Shown: piece after piece, positions 38,827 through 48,106 of the stretch
How the letters are laid out: each line of letters opens with the position of its first letter
How positions within the stretch are numbered: the first letter of the stretch is position 1
Assembly: GCA_014729505.1 (NCBI GenBank)
Contig: WJJS01000001.1
Location: 12,938-76,937, forward strand
DNA from: Candidatus Woesearchaeota archaeon
Lineage (GTDB): Archaea > Nanobdellota > Nanobdellia > Woesearchaeales > ARS49
Length of the DNA: 64,000 bases
Direction of reading: 5' to 3'
The notes under the pieces: model-generated
The model's input: the letters and a program-made list of their open reading frames with translations, nothing else
Told to the model about the DNA's origin: nothing
The model's database searches: none
Position numbers and translations under genes: made by a program

Positions 38827-39483
38827 ATGTGTGGCCGCTACGCAATAGTCCAACAAAAAAACGATCTTGAAACATTCTATGACGCCAACATGAAAGCAGC
38901 ATGGAAACCGCGATACAACGCAGCACCCACACAAGAATTACCACTAGTGCTTGACGCAGATCCTGCGCATATCGTAGTCGCTCGATGGGGACTTATTCCT
39001 TTTTGGGCAAAAGACGACAAGATAGGAGCACGACTCATCAACGCACGAAGCGAAACTGTGGCAGAAAAACCGACTTTTCGAACATCGTTTAAGAAACGAC
39101 GATGCCTCATTCCCGCTACACATTTTTACGAATGGAAGAAAACAACAAGCATCAAGAAACCATTTGCAATTCATCTGAAGTCAAAAGAGTTGTTTTCATT
39201 TGCAGGACTGTGGGATGAATGGAAGAGTTCTAAAGGAGAATTGATTCGCACGTTTACAATATTGACGTGCGGTCCTAACAGTGTAATGAAAAAGATCCAT
39301 GATCGCATGCCGGTCATACTCAAAAAATCTGACGAAGAGGCGTGGATGAATCCTACGAGCTCAGAGACTGCACTGCAGAAGTTGTTGAAACCTTTTTCAT
39401 CGTCGCAACTCGTCGCGTACGAGATCAGCACGCTTGTCAACTTGCCGACAAACGACAACCCTGCAGTAGTACAACCAGTCTAA
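38827..39483 (+). CDS. SOS-response-associated peptidase (SRAP/YedK/HMCES family) abasic-site processing protein
   Basis: The N-terminus is MCGRYA (Cys2 nucleophile). The protein is 218 aa and matches the DUF159 pattern. Confidence 0.8.
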   Translation: MCGRYAIVQQKNDLETFYDANMKAAWKPRYNAAPTQELPLVLDADPAHIVVARWGLIPFWAKDDKIGARLINARSETVAEKPTFRTSFKKRRCLIPATHFYEWKKTTSIKKPFAIHLKSKELFSFAGLWDEWKSSKGELIRTFTILTCGPNSVMKKIHDRMPVILKKSDEEAWMNPTSSETALQKLLKPFSSSQLVAYEISTLVNLPTNDNPAVVQPV

Positions 39484-39535
39484 TCTCTACATTCTTTCTC
39501 ACAAGTCACAAGACACGACTTCGCAGCGCTTTTTA

Positions 39536-40006
39536 GTGACTACGCTTTTGTTTTTTGTCATGGGGTTATTAGGGGTGCGAGGAGAACAACGTATCATCAA
39601 TGATCATATTCTCTACTATGCCGTTTATCACACGCCGTGTTTATTGATCGACGCAGCAAACTGTGCAAACCCACACAAACTATATCCTCTGGCACGTGAA
39701 GAACAACTCTACAACATCCACGTTATTGAAGTCGAACTACTCTACGTTTTTCGCGACGTCCTACTGCGCTGTCACCGCTTTGCACAACAACGAGCAGTGC
39801 GCCACATACTCCTCACGACATTCAACCAACTCTTTCACTATCAAGACGCCAAAGAAAACGACAACATCCACGAACATGCATGGGAATTGCTGCGCACACT
39901 AGGACAACGCTATGACGTACGCGTCGGCATACATCACCGTCACGAAGCGCGCGCAAGACGATTTTGTGACGCGATCATTACGCAGCACTCTCTGGCGGGA
40001 TATTGA
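39536..40006 (+). CDS. Hypothetical protein
   Basis: 156 aa and His-rich, with no recognised motifs. Confidence 0.35.
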   Translation: MTTLLFFVMGLLGVRGEQRIINDHILYYAVYHTPCLLIDAANCANPHKLYPLAREEQLYNIHVIEVELLYVFRDVLLRCHRFAQQRAVRHILLTTFNQLFHYQDAKENDNIHEHAWELLRTLGQRYDVRVGIHHRHEARARRFCDAIITQHSLAGY

Positions 40007-40009
40007 ATT

Positions 40010-40324
40010 ATGGGACATACCGTATGGAGCCAACGGATGAATGCAGAGCGCATCATCACAGAACTACTTCGTTACAAGAAAGCATTGCGAAGCGAACAAC
40101 AAGCACTGTTTGACGAATTACTGAAACGATCCATGAATCATCTCGGTACCATAAGTTACGCAAACAGCATGCACACCTGGGCATTACTGCTCTTATCAAT
40201 ACTACTAGAACAAGAACAACGCATAAAGAAACTAGAACATGTGGTTAATAGATACCTATCAAAAAAAGAACAAGATCGTCGTGTGGCTGAAAACGAAAAC
40301 GACGAATATGCATCGAACCTATGA
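40010..40324 (+). CDS. Hypothetical protein; 3' end overlaps the polymerase gene start, so the extent is uncertain
   Basis: 104-aa ORF that overlaps 40239..42794 by 86 nt in another frame. Confidence 0.3.
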   Translation: MGHTVWSQRMNAERIITELLRYKKALRSEQQALFDELLKRSMNHLGTISYANSMHTWALLLLSILLEQEQRIKKLEHVVNRYLSKKEQDRRVAENENDEYASNL

Positions 40325-42794
40325 GTACTCTGTCACACTCTACGCACACGAAGATGCACGAGAATTCCTTACAACGAACAAGATTGCTTTTACAGAACAA
40401 CTCAAAAAAGATCCTTTTCGCAACAAGAAACATGTTCTTGCCATAACGTTATCATGCGAACGACTCGCACCATTTGTAAGATGGTTTGAACTCGGCACCA
40501 AACACCGCATACCGCTTTACAATGCAGATATCACGCCGGAACAACGCTTTCTTTACGAGAACAAGCTAGTACCGTGCAGCAACGTGCGAGACGTTGATGG
40601 GAGACTTGTACACGTCAACGAATCCGCACCACCGCTAAGCACTGTTCATTTGCGATGCGCCACACAAGGACCTATTACACGATTAGAATACCAGGATCAC
40701 ACTATCGTAGGCGAGGAACGAGAAGTACTCGCGCATTTTACGCAACGCTTCAGACAGGACGATCCAGATGTACTACTTATGCGACGAGCATACAAAGCAG
40801 TACCACATCTCTTTGAACGGTTACGTGCGAACGGATTGCACGTGCCTTTTCATCGATGGGATGAGATACCGCTGCGCCACCGCGGCGGCAAGACACACTT
40901 CAGTTACGGAAGAGTATATTATCAAGATCACTCGTTTCAACTGCGAGGACGATTACTCGTTGACACGGCAAGCAGTGTAGGATCAACATGCTCTGTACCT
41001 GCAATCATCGAACTTGCACAGCTCACAGGCACTCGATTCCAACGCGTAGCAGCACGCAGTTTCGGTGCCTCATTTCAACTTCAACTCGTCAAAGAACTGC
41101 TCGCCCAAGATCTGCTTGTGCCATACAAGGAAAAACCCTTTGATGAACCGCTGCGCATGACAGAGTTATTCGACGCAGACAGAGCAGGACATACCTTTGA
41201 TCCTCAACTAGGATTTCACAATGATGTTGTAGCAATAGACTTCTCAAGCATGTATCCATGGATCATCCACAACTACAACATCAGCGCAGATACCATACTC
41301 ACAAAAAAAGGAAAGAAGACCAAGATTCCTGCAGTACCAATTGATGTAACCACACAATATCAAGGAGTGATACCAAAAGCAATCAAACCATTGTTAGATC
41401 GACGCATGTACTACAAAAAACATCCGACGCCGGAAAACAAACGACGAGCAATAGGACTAAAAACACTGCTCGTGACCTGTTATGGTTATCTGCGATTTCG
41501 CGAATTTAAAATGGGACTTGCCACATCACACATGGCAATTTGTTCATACGCGCGAGAACTCCTCCTACAATCAGCAACGCTTGCAGAAGAACAAGGCTTT
41601 CGCGTCATTCACGGCATCATCGATTCACTCTACATATCAAAAAAAGACATTACCACAACAGAAGTCGAAACATTTCGAAAAGAACTAGAACACATGAGCG
41701 GTATACCCGTTGCCTGCGATGGCATCTTCAAATGGATCGTGTTTCTTTCACGACGACATGACAACACTGTCGGAGTGCCGGCCCGTTATTTTGGCGCATA
41801 TAAAAATGGTGGCATTAAAGCAAGAGGTATTGAAGTACGACAATCGAGTGCGCCGCTACTTATACGACGATTCCAACAAAACGTGTTAGAAGAGCTCGCA
41901 GCGTTTTCAACGAAAAGAGCGATACAGGATCACTTGCCACAAGTCATGAAACGCGCACGAGCAGTCCTGCACGATCTGCCTGCGACGCCACGAGAAGAAC
42001 TGTGTTGCAGAATACGCATCAGTAAGACCACGTATTCTCGAAACATTCCACAACGGCAAGTGATACGCTTGTTAACACAACAAGGGAGAGACATTATCGC
42101 TGGACAGGTCATACGGTTCTGGTACAGTGCGAATGGACCGTTACTAGTCGATATGACTGGAAGGCCAGACTACAAAAAATATCGCGATTTGTTATTACGC
42201 GCAATACACTCAGTGTACCAGCCTTTCGGTTATACTACCAAACAACTACAACACCTCCTATTAGACGAATATCAAAGCGTTCTGCAAGATTTTGCGCGAC
42301 AACAGATCCGCTACGAATACGTGCCTATGAAAAAACACTATGCACAAAAACGAGGACTGTCAGAGAGAATCCTGCGACAACGACTGGAACGACAAGGATG
42401 GACGGTGTGGCGCGGCGGCAGCATACATATTACTCGTTATGAAGAACTGTATCCCAACGTACGACGAAAGTACGAATTACTCATCCGTCTGCTTGACGAT
42501 CATAAGCCAGACACAAAAGAAATACTGCAATATTATTGCATGATACAGCACGGCATGCCAGATTTTCTCTGCTACAAAAATGGACGATTCAAATTTGTTG
42601 AATGCAAATTGCAATACGAGCAATTAAGTCATCGACAAAAACGCTGCATTATGAAGCTACAAGACCTGGGATTTGATGTGGAAGTTCACAAACTCGTTGA
42701 CAAACGCACAAAAATGAGAGAGGCACTAGTTGACATGTTTACCAATTGCAAAATAGTACGAGAACGACAACTAGCCCTACTCTCAACATGGTGA
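40239..42794 (+). CDS. Divergent family-B DNA polymerase (exonuclease-dead, motif C degenerate; PolB2/Dpo2-like) fused to a C-terminal PD-(D/E)xK Hjc/VRR-NUC-like nuclease domain
   Basis: The PolB N-terminus is WLIDTYQKKNKIVVWLK.... The exonuclease region is present but Exo I reads LRCAT, not FDIET, and Exo II has no YN..FD. GRLLVD and motif A DFSSMYPWII are present. Motif B is K..LVTCYGYL, the KxY region is YFGAYKNGGIKARGIEVRQSS, and motif C is IHGIIDSLY (vs YGDTDS). The C-terminal domain reads ERILRQRLERQGWTVWRGG ... GMPDFLCYKNGRFKFVECK (D...E-x-K). Confidence 0.65.
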   Translation: MWLIDTYQKKNKIVVWLKTKTTNMHRTYEYSVTLYAHEDAREFLTTNKIAFTEQLKKDPFRNKKHVLAITLSCERLAPFVRWFELGTKHRIPLYNADITPEQRFLYENKLVPCSNVRDVDGRLVHVNESAPPLSTVHLRCATQGPITRLEYQDHTIVGEEREVLAHFTQRFRQDDPDVLLMRRAYKAVPHLFERLRANGLHVPFHRWDEIPLRHRGGKTHFSYGRVYYQDHSFQLRGRLLVDTASSVGSTCSVPAIIELAQLTGTRFQRVAARSFGASFQLQLVKELLAQDLLVPYKEKPFDEPLRMTELFDADRAGHTFDPQLGFHNDVVAIDFSSMYPWIIHNYNISADTILTKKGKKTKIPAVPIDVTTQYQGVIPKAIKPLLDRRMYYKKHPTPENKRRAIGLKTLLVTCYGYLRFREFKMGLATSHMAICSYARELLLQSATLAEEQGFRVIHGIIDSLYISKKDITTTEVETFRKELEHMSGIPVACDGIFKWIVFLSRRHDNTVGVPARYFGAYKNGGIKARGIEVRQSSAPLLIRRFQQNVLEELAAFSTKRAIQDHLPQVMKRARAVLHDLPATPREELCCRIRISKTTYSRNIPQRQVIRLLTQQGRDIIAGQVIRFWYSANGPLLVDMTGRPDYKKYRDLLLRAIHSVYQPFGYTTKQLQHLLLDEYQSVLQDFARQQIRYEYVPMKKHYAQKRGLSERILRQRLERQGWTVWRGGSIHITRYEELYPNVRRKYELLIRLLDDHKPDTKEILQYYCMIQHGMPDFLCYKNGRFKFVECKLQYEQLSHRQKRCIMKLQDLGFDVEVHKLVDKRTKMREALVDMFTNCKIVRERQLALLSTW

Positions 42795-42882
42795 TTTTTA
42801 TCACCGAACGGTGTCGGCCTACTCGTGTCTTTCTTACGAATTCTTTTTATAGAAAGAATGATTTAGATACGGTGGGGGTATA

Positions 42883-43659
42883 ATGCACAAAGCATTAACG
42901 ATAGTATTGCTAGGAATTCTTCTAGTTGGATGCTCAACAACACTAGACACGTCGTCGACAAATCCGCCAACAGCGCCGCACTCAACTTCAAGTCCTCCAA
43001 CAACACAACACCCCGCAACAGAGAACAATTCACAACACACCACAACACAAAATGATTCACAATATCCGACAACGCAGAACGATTCACAACACACGGCAAC
43101 CAATGACTACGTTGCGGGACGAGAACTCTTCAAACTACAACGGGATTCAGACAGTGCACTGGGACAACGAGTAACAGACTTTTTCCCACTTCCTGCAGGA
43201 GCAGTTCTTGTCGAGACAAGACATTTTGGAGCGCAACAATTCAAAGCAAATCTTGTATCAAAAACAGGAGACATATTTCCTTTAGTCAATGATGAAGGAT
43301 ACATTCTTACCACTACGCTGCACTCTTTTGCGGCAGGCCAGTACCTGCTAGACATGATCATCAATGGCGAAGTTACCTTTATCATACGAACACCGGACAT
43401 AGAAGAAGCAACATCATGGAGCGGAGCCGGCAAGAAGTTCACCCCCTTCTTTACACTTTCAGGAACCAACACCTTTGAGATGTCGTTTCAAGGAAATGGA
43501 TTATACATCGTGTCACTATACAATCAAGCAGGAGAACGCATCGCCGTACTTGCACAAGGCGACACCACAGAAAAAACAAACACTGACGTAACCGTACCAC
43601 AAGGACTCTATCTGTTAGGTATAGAATCAACAGGAGTCTGGGACATACAACTCAAATAA
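42883..43659 (+). CDS. Lipoprotein with a Thr/Gln-rich repeat linker
   Basis: MHKALTIVLLGILLVGCSTT (lipobox LVGC) and repeats TTQNDSQ(Y/H)(P/T)TTQNDSQHTAT. Confidence 0.55.
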   Translation: MHKALTIVLLGILLVGCSTTLDTSSTNPPTAPHSTSSPPTTQHPATENNSQHTTTQNDSQYPTTQNDSQHTATNDYVAGRELFKLQRDSDSALGQRVTDFFPLPAGAVLVETRHFGAQQFKANLVSKTGDIFPLVNDEGYILTTTLHSFAAGQYLLDMIINGEVTFIIRTPDIEEATSWSGAGKKFTPFFTLSGTNTFEMSFQGNGLYIVSLYNQAGERIAVLAQGDTTEKTNTDVTVPQGLYLLGIESTGVWDIQLK

Positions 43660-43671
43660 TTCCAACTACTT

Positions 43672-44157
43672 CTAATTAAGAGCGACAATCGCCGTATTAA
43701 GAAGAGTGGCAAACAAAACCCAGAACGCATAAGGAAGCAACAACCACAACGTGACCTTATTCACACGATAAAATGCGCTTATCATACCAACAATCGCGCC
43801 GTTGAGCAGAATAATGTCAACCAGCGCCGCCAAAGGATTCTGCAAACCAAAAAATAAGATACTCCATAACATATTAAGAACCCAATGAGCTGCAAACCAG
43901 TACGACGCGTTCTTATCAGGCCAGACAAGATAGAGTGCAATACCAATAAGCGTGAATAAGGTAAGCCACACCGGGCCAAACAACCATGAAGGAGGTTGAA
44001 ATGCGGGAAAGGTCAATGTCAAATACCACGTTCTCACACTACTCGCGGTAAAAAAACTTCCAATAAATCCCGCTGCATGGGAGATAAGCAAGCACAGAGC
44101 AAGAGTACGCCATCGCATACGTATAAGAAAGCTCCAGAGTTTTTTAAGATTATGCAA
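43672..44157 (-). CDS. tspO: TspO/MBR family tryptophan-rich sensory protein
   Basis: 161 aa with 5 TM helices and Trp-rich TspO-like motifs. Confidence 0.7.
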   Translation of the reverse strand: MHNLKKLWSFLIRMRWRTLALCLLISHAAGFIGSFFTASSVRTWYLTLTFPAFQPPSWLFGPVWLTLFTLIGIALYLVWPDKNASYWFAAHWVLNMLWSILFFGLQNPLAALVDIILLNGAIVGMISAFYRVNKVTLWLLLPYAFWVLFATLLNTAIVALN

Positions 44158-44209
44158 CAGTAGATTTTTATGTACAAAGACGCTTTACCACCAAAAAAAA
44201 GAGGAAGTC

Positions 44210-44617
44210 ATGGCGTACAACATTATTTACAGAGGATCCCCATCGTTTCGAGGATACCTCGTCTGGTTTATCGTAGCGTTCTCGCTCATTGCGCTAGGCT
44301 ATGTCGTACACCCGTTACTCATACTCTTATCCCTGCCCTTCTTCATGATACCCCTCATCGACAAATTACGACACACCTACATCATTGCCACAAACGAAAT
44401 AGTGCAACGCACAGGCATAATCCGCACGGTTACACAATCAGCAACATTTAAACACATTACAGGCTTAACAGTACACCAAGGAATAGCGGGAAAAATACTT
44501 GGTTATGCAACAATAACGATCGACACTTCAGGCGGAGCAACAAACAAAGAATTCAGCTGGAAATTCGTAAGAAAAGCACACGATATCAGCATGATGATAC
44601 GCAAAAAAATACAATAA
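44210..44617 (+). CDS. Membrane protein with a bacterial-PH-like (YdbT/DUF304-type) domain
   Basis: Two N-terminal TM helices are followed by YIIATNEIVQRTGIIRTVTQSATFKHITGLTVHQGIAGKILGYATITIDTSGG. Confidence 0.45.
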   Translation: MAYNIIYRGSPSFRGYLVWFIVAFSLIALGYVVHPLLILLSLPFFMIPLIDKLRHTYIIATNEIVQRTGIIRTVTQSATFKHITGLTVHQGIAGKILGYATITIDTSGGATNKEFSWKFVRKAHDISMMIRKKIQ

Positions 44618-44659
44618 TATTTTATACTGAGACAGTACCAAAAATTTTGAGGTGATACC

Positions 44660-44854
44660 GTGTTAGAAAACCATGTCTATAATCTAATGCAGCAACTCGT
44701 TGAAGAACACAAAAGTCTGTGGCGCATCAAGAAATTCTACACCAAAGATGCGGGAAAGTGCAAAGATTGCAAAGCGTTTTGGGCAAAAATGAAAAAAGAC
44801 AAAGAAGACCATATCAAAGAACTGCGAGGCCTTATAAAGAAACACCTGAAATGA
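44660..44854 (+). CDS. Small hypothetical protein (64 aa)
   Basis: Its stop overlaps the ATG of the next gene (ATGA). Confidence 0.35.
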   Translation: MLENHVYNLMQQLVEEHKSLWRIKKFYTKDAGKCKDCKAFWAKMKKDKEDHIKELRGLIKKHLK

Positions 44855-45369
44855 TTGATTTTTCGCGAGTACCGGATCTGGCACGAGATCCATCGTACTC
44901 CTTTTTACTTCTCACGACACAACAGTCATCACTGCAACTTCCAAAACAACGTACCGCATATCTAGGACTACTCATTCCAGTAACAGGAAATGCCATACGC
45001 GTTGAAGAAACACTCGTCGGTATTTTATACCTGGGGCCAGAAGACGTGCGCATCAAAAAACTCTTACCATCAAACGAAAAAGAAGAACAACAACTGCAGG
45101 AAATAACACACGCCATAGAAGAAACACTAAACGAAAACAAGACGTTAACTATACCACAGGACCTGCTGCTTTTTCTCACAACACAAGAAGCACAAGCAGG
45201 ATATCCTATGAACCGAGTAGGAGAAGAACTACAGTACGAAGGGACGTTTCCTACGAGATTATGGTACGTGGCAAAAGAAGAAAAAAATCCGCCAGTATAC
45301 ATAGCCATACAAAGCACCATTGGTGGAGAATACGTAGGAATATTTATTGCAACGCGACCACGAACCTAG
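44851..45369 (+). CDS. Hypothetical protein
   Basis: The start was chosen at MIDFSRVPDL, overlapping the upstream stop. The longer track ORF from 44719 overlaps the upstream gene. Confidence 0.4.
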   Translation: MIDFSRVPDLARDPSYSFLLLTTQQSSLQLPKQRTAYLGLLIPVTGNAIRVEETLVGILYLGPEDVRIKKLLPSNEKEEQQLQEITHAIEETLNENKTLTIPQDLLLFLTTQEAQAGYPMNRVGEELQYEGTFPTRLWYVAKEEKNPPVYIAIQSTIGGEYVGIFIATRPRT

Positions 45370-45794
45370 AGAAAACGCGTAATACGATCAATCAAACGCT
45401 TCATAACCTTCTCAGAAAGAACACGATTACTCTCCTTAGGCAAACCCTTGAACTGTTCATCAACAAAAGATTCACCTTCAAAAGACACTTCATTCTTATA
45501 GCGAGGAATAATATGAAAATGAAAATGACGCACACTATTGTTAGTCTGCATGTAATTAAACCAATCAGGATGAAACGCTTGTTGTAACGCAGATTCAATC
45601 CTTTTAAGAATGCGAAACGCTTCAATCAGCTCTTCTTCACAAAGAGAAGTGAACCCTTCCTTATGCTCCTTATGAACCAAAACACTAGCCCCGGGAAGAA
45701 ACTGACTAAGATTTAAACGAAACACCCAATTACCAAAATCCTTGACAAAAGTAATATCTTGCTTGTTTCTCAATTGACAAAAGATGCAGGTCAT
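45366..45794 (-). CDS. HIT-family protein (second copy)
   Basis: MTCIFCQL...HFHFHIIPR. The start was chosen at the internal ATG. Confidence 0.7.
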   Translation of the reverse strand: MTCIFCQLRNKQDITFVKDFGNWVFRLNLSQFLPGASVLVHKEHKEGFTSLCEEELIEAFRILKRIESALQQAFHPDWFNYMQTNNSVRHFHFHIIPRYKNEVSFEGESFVDEQFKGLPKESNRVLSEKVMKRLIDRITRFL

Positions 45795-46024
45795 GGGATA
45801 GTAGAAAGAGAAAAACAATAAATAAGTTTTGAATTCATTTTAGCGCAGTAGTACCTATGAGATCTACTTCCATATACAATTCTTCCTGTCTACCGATTAC
45901 AGAAATCGTCTTTTTCTCTATACTACTCATTTTGCTACAGTACTGCCAATGCAGGACTACTTTCGAAAGCCCAAGGTATGTTCAACGGGATTGCAGTACT
46001 AACGTTATTATCGTTGAATAAGAA

Positions 46025-46106
46025 TCCCCGCCCCCGGACTCAGCGTTAACCTGCGGTTAACTGGCTGCAGAAAACACTTCGTGTTTTTGCAGTGAACCAG
46101 GAACCT
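46025..46106 (-). repeat. Partial duplicate of the tRNA-Tyr 3' portion (variable arm to 3' end) with a 50-nt hairpin-rich insertion in the T-loop
   Basis: The minus strand reads AGGTTCCTGGTTCA, then a 50-nt insert, then AGTCCGGGGGCGGGGA. Perfect palindrome TGAACCAGGAACCTGGTTCA is on the plus strand at 46093-46112. Confidence 0.65.
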
Positions 46107-46144
46107 GGTTCAAGCCTTGTAAGATATTGTTTCCAAAAAGAAAA

Positions 46145-46268
46145 GTCCCCGCCCCCGGACTTGAACCAGGAACCTCGCGGTGACGGCTGACTCGCCTTCA
46201 CGTCTCGAGCGTTGCTCGGAATCAGTTGAGTTTCTACAGCCGCGCGCTCTACCATTGAGCTAGGCGGG
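46145..46268 (-). tRNA. tRNA-Tyr (GTA) with a 51-nt intron at 37/38
   Basis: Manual fold on the minus strand: acceptor CCCCGCC/GGCGGGG (C1:G72, archaeal Tyr identity), D-arm GCTC-AATGGTA-GAGC, anticodon stem CGCGG with loop CTGTAG|intron|A then CCGCG, T-arm CCTGG-TTCAAGT-CCGGG and discriminator A. Confidence 0.75.
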
Positions 46269-46346
46269 GATAGACGAGAAAAAAAACTACGGGGTTTAAA
46301 AGGGTTTTGGACGAAAAGACATAAATATCCCTTGCTTTGAGCCTTT

Positions 46347-46664
46347 TTGATCATGACACCTCTCGATTATCTGGCAGTCTTTGAAGAACTTCGACGATAC
46401 GACGATGATCTTCCTAATAGAGAATTTGATGACTGGCATCCGTCATGGCCCAAACTGAAAGGCAGAGGCAATTCAATAGTGGGGTTACTACTCTATTTGC
46501 ATTTAGGACAAAGGCAGGGTTTGTTTGGAGATGAAGTAGAAGGTTGCCTTAGGCACGAATGGAGTGTGAAATCAGGACGTTATACGACGCCAGAAGAGAT
46601 AAAGTTGATCAACAGAACCTTAGACTATGTTATAGAGTATCTGCGAGAAACTACTTCACGATAA
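46347..46664 (+). CDS. Hypothetical protein
   Basis: 105-aa ORF. Confidence 0.35.
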   Translation: MIMTPLDYLAVFEELRRYDDDLPNREFDDWHPSWPKLKGRGNSIVGLLLYLHLGQRQGLFGDEVEGCLRHEWSVKSGRYTTPEEIKLINRTLDYVIEYLRETTSR

Positions 46665-48057
46665 ACTGCGCTTTATTTGACTGTACAGAGCCCTTCTTGT
46701 CACCAGCACTGAAATGAACAATGATAGGATCGAGCGTGATTGTTCCAATCATTTGCACACGACTGCGAATCTTATACGTGACAAAGACTTCTTGACGACC
46801 TTCAACATTTTTGAATTCCCACTTAATACGAGTGCCAAGCGTGTCATGAGTGGACTTACTCTTCAAGGTCGCAACAGCAGAGGGTTTAACATGTCCAGGA
46901 CCGAATTCGCTTAGCACTTCAAAGACCTTTGGCACTTTTTCCACCAAGGAAATATCAACAGGAGAACGCGATCTATTGCGCACCTGTACATGAATAGAGA
47001 GCTCCTTACCACCATGATGGCGACGAATATTCTTCTTGACGACAACAGGAGCGCGAAACATATAATACGCTCCAAGCGCCAGTAACGCGATAATAATGAA
47101 AATAAGAATAGGCCAGTAATTTTTTGAGACCACAATAGTCTTGGATTCTTCAGGATCTAACTGAACAGTCCACACATACACACCGTCTTCTCGCTCAACT
47201 GAAGGCTCAGTCGATGAAAATAAGTTATCAAACCAGCTAACATCAAAACGATACGTATGACGCTTCACATCATTACCATTGTTTGTAAGCGTCACCACAT
47301 CGCGTGTTCGCAAAAATGATGAAGAGGATTGCAACTCTTCGGCTACCTCGCCGTATTCTGCCACTCTAAAAGCAACAGGCGAAGCTTCCATGCGAATCGT
47401 ACGATTCTCGTGTTCAGTAACCAGTGTTGCGCGCAGTTCATCCTCTTGAGGACGAAGGTCAGGATCGAGATCTGCAGTAAACGTGACTGTTTTTGTCTCG
47501 TCAGGACCCAACGTTACCGCGTGCTGGGCATTAATCAAATTACTGCGCACGTACAAGGTCATTTCAGTGATGTTACGTGGGTTCAAGTTTTCCATTTCAA
47601 GAGAATATGTTATGGGTTGTCGAGGATCAACAGACTCGGCAATATGTACTGTGGAACGCACTGAAGGCGTATACAAACGAGGAGTATCCACTAGCGGTTT
47701 CAAACCGACTAGAGGAGTCTCTTTTTTGACAACGCCAAATTGTCGGGCACTAAACGTGATAGGAATAAGATAAAATGCAGGATCATCAACATGCACTTGA
47801 CGAATACGCAATTTTGTAGTTAAACCCTGCGGCGGAACCCGAAGAACGTCTTTTGTAGAGACATCCCAGCGAATGTCAAGGGTGTACATAGTAATATAGA
47901 CCGTTTCACTCGAGTCATGAGTAATAGTCATATCAAATTCTGCAGTTTCATTCATGCGGATCGAGCGTTCATCAGGAGAAATCTGCACATCAAAAGAAAA
48001 CGCAGCAACACCAAACGCGCACAACAACAAGATGACCAATACAGTAATTCGTTTCAC
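46651..48057 (-). CDS. Surface or membrane-anchored protein, hypothetical
   Basis: An N-terminal signal peptide and a C-terminal TM segment WPILIFIIIALLALGAYYMF. The protein is 468 aa. Confidence 0.5.
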   Translation of the reverse strand: MKRITVLVILLLCAFGVAAFSFDVQISPDERSIRMNETAEFDMTITHDSSETVYITMYTLDIRWDVSTKDVLRVPPQGLTTKLRIRQVHVDDPAFYLIPITFSARQFGVVKKETPLVGLKPLVDTPRLYTPSVRSTVHIAESVDPRQPITYSLEMENLNPRNITEMTLYVRSNLINAQHAVTLGPDETKTVTFTADLDPDLRPQEDELRATLVTEHENRTIRMEASPVAFRVAEYGEVAEELQSSSSFLRTRDVVTLTNNGNDVKRHTYRFDVSWFDNLFSSTEPSVEREDGVYVWTVQLDPEESKTIVVSKNYWPILIFIIIALLALGAYYMFRAPVVVKKNIRRHHGGKELSIHVQVRNRSRSPVDISLVEKVPKVFEVLSEFGPGHVKPSAVATLKSKSTHDTLGTRIKWEFKNVEGRQEVFVTYKIRSRVQMIGTITLDPIIVHFSAGDKKGSVQSNKAQFIVK

Positions 48058-48106
48058 AAGACTACCTCTTTACTGTTAGGTACATGATTCATTTATATAA
48101 ACATTT

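Noticed and set aside
40010-40324. Treating 40010..40324 as part of the polymerase gene
   Set aside because: It is in a different frame from the polymerase and has its own stop. Only the polymerase frame shows the PolB N-terminal pattern from 40239.
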